A stretch of DNA of 47,894 nucleotides from Candidatus Parcubacteria bacterium. GTDB taxonomy: Bacteria; Patescibacteriota; Minisyncoccia; Minisyncoccales; JAGMDC01. The first letter of the stretch is position 1; each line of letters starts with the position of its first letter. Positions 45,794 to 47,894 of this stretch are shown piece after piece. Where the stretch lies: contig JAGMDC010000001.1 in the NCBI GenBank assembly GCA_023128895.1, forward strand, positions 1 through 47,894, read 5' to 3'. Position numbers and translations under genes: made by a program. The notes beneath the pieces were generated by a model. That model saw only the letters and a list, made by a program, of their open reading frames with translations, searched no databases and was not told the origin of the DNA.

Positions 45794-47893
45794 TTATTTA
45801 TTGCAAACTTCATTTAATTTATCTCTGGTTCTTCTGCCCACATAGCCATGTCCATGTCTCACGCCCAGAGAAGCTAAAATCTCATCAGCATACTGCTCTT
45901 GAAAAGCTATTACTGCCTTGGATGTCTCTGAATCAAAATTCCAGTTAATCAGTCCTTTGTAAAAACCTTGATCTTTCAAACATTGCTTAAGTTCTATTAT
46001 TTGTGTTCTATGGTCATATCTCGTGTCTCCATAACATAAATCTTGAGTAAAATTATACACTTTTTGTTCTTTTTGTTCTTTCTCCTCGCATACATCTATT
46101 CTGCTGTCCTGCCCGTATTTCTCTCCTACGTCAAACGCGCAATAGCCGGTATGGCAATCATCATTGCTGTCGCAGTCGCCTTCGCCTGCATAACATTTGC
46201 AATTAGTAGCGCAGTAATTCCAGCTCCATAAAGGAGAAGTATGGCAAGTTTCCTCCTCTTCTTGTTCTTCCTCTGGTTCCTCTGGTTCCTCTGGCTCTGA
46301 AGGGGACACAATACTAAAGAAATCATCGCTTCTGTCATAGTAAAGATTTCCGTCTCTTAGATGAACTATAACAAAAATTTTGTATTTACTTCCTAAAGCA
46401 TATGATTCAGGAACTTTCCAAAAAATGCCCTTAGAAACATATCTGTGATATCCAAGAAATTTCGATCCATAGCAAGGATTACCAGGACGACATCGTAGAT
46501 TGCCCGAATGGTCTTCTAAATAAACATGTGTTCCTACGACACCATAATTTCCTGTAATAATACCAAGTTTCCATTTAATATCATATCCTTGTCCCTGCTT
46601 CCATTGTTCTCCTTTATTAGGAGAAGTGATAGTTAGGGTGTTAGCGCGCGGCATCCTCTCTGGTTGTTCTGGCTTTGAAGGGGACACAATACTAAAGAAA
46701 TCATCGCTTCTGTCGCAATATTCAAAACCGGGACCGGCTGCTTTGACGAAAATCTTGTATTTAGTTCCTAAATCCTGGTCTGCTGGAATTCTCCAAGAAT
46801 AACTTGAAGAGGATCTGCTAATTGTAAGAATCTTATTGTCACCGCAGGGCTTGTCAGGAAAACATTTTGGATTGTTTGAATGGTCTTCTAAATAAATATA
46901 TGTTTGTCTGGCTCCAATAACCTTACTCCATTTAATATTATATGTTTGTGTTTTTTGCCATTGCTCTCCCCCGTTAGGAGAAGTGATAGTTATGCCTGGA
47001 TCTTCTGGCTCTTCTGGCTCTTCTGGCTCTTCTGGCTCTTCTGGCTCTTCTGGCTCTTCTGGCTCTTCTGGCTCTTCTGGCTCTGAAGGGGACACAATAC
47101 TAAAATAGTTATCGCTTGTATCGCAGTAATATATATAGTTCCCTGAATCTTTTGCTTTTAAGCTTACCCTAATGAAAACTTTGTATTTAGTTCCTATTTC
47201 ATCTGCTGGAATTTGCCAGGAAAAACTGTCCATAGAGGAATTACCTGCTCCAATATATCTACATCCTTTACATAGCTGATATGACTGGTCAGGAGAACAT
47301 TTTGAATTCCCAGAATCATCTCCTAAATAGATAGATATTGTTTGGACATTATTATTTCCTGAATCAAGTTTCCATTTAATATCATATACTTGTCCCTGCT
47401 TCCATTGTTCTCCTTTATTAGGGGAAATGATAGTTATGCCTGGCTCTTCTGGCTCTTCTGGCTCTTCTGGCTCTTCTGGCTCTTCTGGCTCTTCTGGCTC
47501 TTCTGGCTCTTCTGGCTCTTCTGGGGACACAATATTAAAAAAATCATCGCTTCTGCCATAGTAAAGATTTCCGTCTCTTAGATGAACTATAACAAAAATT
47601 TTGTATTTACTTCCTAAAGCATATGATTCAGGAACTTTCCAAAAAATGCCCTTAGAAACATATCTGTGATATCCAAGAAATTTCCACTTACCACAGGCCT
47701 TACCAGAAGAACATCGTGGATTGCCCGAATGGTCTTCTAAATAAACATGTGTTCCTACGACACCATAATTTCTTATATTCTTACCAAGTTTCCATTTAAT
47801 ATCATATCCTTGTCCCTGCTTCCATTGTTCTCCTTTATTAGGGGAAATGATAGTTACAGTGTCAACGCGCGGATCCTCTGGATCCTCTGGATC
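45794..47893 (-). CDS. Large surface protein (5' end outside window): at least 4 Ig-like ITSPN(K/G)GEQW repeats, EEP linkers, Cys-rich module, C-terminal peptidoglycan-binding-like domain
   Basis: Frame stays open from 47530 to the window end (hand-translated); C-terminal LKQCL..GFY.G..FDSETSKAVIAFQ..G.VGRRTRDKLN. Confidence 0.8.
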   Translation of the reverse strand, partial: DPEDPEDPRVDTVTIISPNKGEQWKQGQGYDIKWKLGKNIRNYGVVGTHVYLEDHSGNPRCSSGKACGKWKFLGYHRYVSKGIFWKVPESYALGSKYKIFVIVHLRDGNLYYGRSDDFFNIVSPEEPEEPEEPEEPEEPEEPEEPEEPEEPGITIISPNKGEQWKQGQVYDIKWKLDSGNNNVQTISIYLGDDSGNSKCSPDQSYQLCKGCRYIGAGNSSMDSFSWQIPADEIGTKYKVFIRVSLKAKDSGNYIYYCDTSDNYFSIVSPSEPEEPEEPEEPEEPEEPEEPEEPEEPEDPGITITSPNGGEQWQKTQTYNIKWSKVIGARQTYIYLEDHSNNPKCFPDKPCGDNKILTISRSSSSYSWRIPADQDLGTKYKIFVKAAGPGFEYCDRSDDFFSIVSPSKPEQPERMPRANTLTITSPNKGEQWKQGQGYDIKWKLGIITGNYGVVGTHVYLEDHSGNLRCRPGNPCYGSKFLGYHRYVSKGIFWKVPESYALGSKYKIFVIVHLRDGNLYYDRSDDFFSIVSPSEPEEPEEPEEEQEEEETCHTSPLWSWNYCATNCKCYAGEGDCDSNDDCHTGYCAFDVGEKYGQDSRIDVCEEKEQKEQKVYNFTQDLCYGDTRYDHRTQIIELKQCLKDQGFYKGLINWNFDSETSKAVIAFQEQYADEILASLGVRHGHGYVGRRTRDKLNEVCNK
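46997..47083 (-). repeat. 9-bp tandem repeat (EEP)n linker
   Basis: (TGGCTCTTC)8 plus variant flanking units. Confidence 0.95.
47441..47524 (-). repeat. 9-bp tandem repeat (EEP)n linker
   Basis: (TGGCTCTTC)9. Confidence 0.95.
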
Positions 47894-47894
47894 C

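Noticed and set aside
77-47581. Numerous antisense and overlapping ORFs in the track (e.g. 77-544, 1533-2102, 16386-16868, 42441-42872, 46904-47086)
   Set aside because: They are shadows of well-supported genes or repeats on the opposite strand or another frame.
46302-47860. Diversity-generating retroelement TR/VR pair
   Set aside because: Differences are not adenine-specific, both copies are coding domains of one ORF, and no reverse transcriptase is in the window.

Overview
Low-GC, compact bacterial chromosome segment in the standard code (table 11). Gene content points to Patescibacteria/CPR, probably Parcubacteria; this is inference from the short AlaRS, ThrS and PheT, RpoA without alphaCTD, no rplA at its usual position and mostly SD-less core genes. 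Core genes: rpsA-like S1, ftsH, rnhA, a recJ-like DHH nuclease, a solo Cas4-like nuclease, the infA-rpmJ-rpsM-rpsK-rpsD-rpoA-rplQ-rplM-rpsI cluster, alaS, an intein-containing dnaE, thrS, miaB, gatB, dcd, secE-nusG-rplK, gyrB, pheST, tRNA-Ser(TGA), rplJL, a DJ-1/PfpI gene, mltG, pcm and a large repeat surface protein running off the right edge. The most unusual signal is a set of small minus-strand orphan-gene cassettes between the core genes, each with a near-consensus sigma70 promoter, usually an SD-like RBS and a terminator. The TTGACA -35 box is often the last codons of the neighbouring gene, and the modules are visibly duplicated: a 54-bp copy of the gatB 3' end, and shared 47-bp promoter and 19-bp terminator blocks. 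No integrase is present in the window. One cassette carries an archaeal-type thymidylate synthase homologue plus a divergent dCTP deaminase/dUTPase. Other highlights: two homologous ~300-nt candidate ncRNAs facing away from nuclease genes, a tRNA-3'-end repeat array with variable hairpins, in-frame palindromic inserts in pheT, a DnaE intein with a PD-(D/E)XK-type endonuclease, and hypervariable Cys-loops in a tandem Ig-like surface protein. All calls come from reading the sequence; no searches were run.
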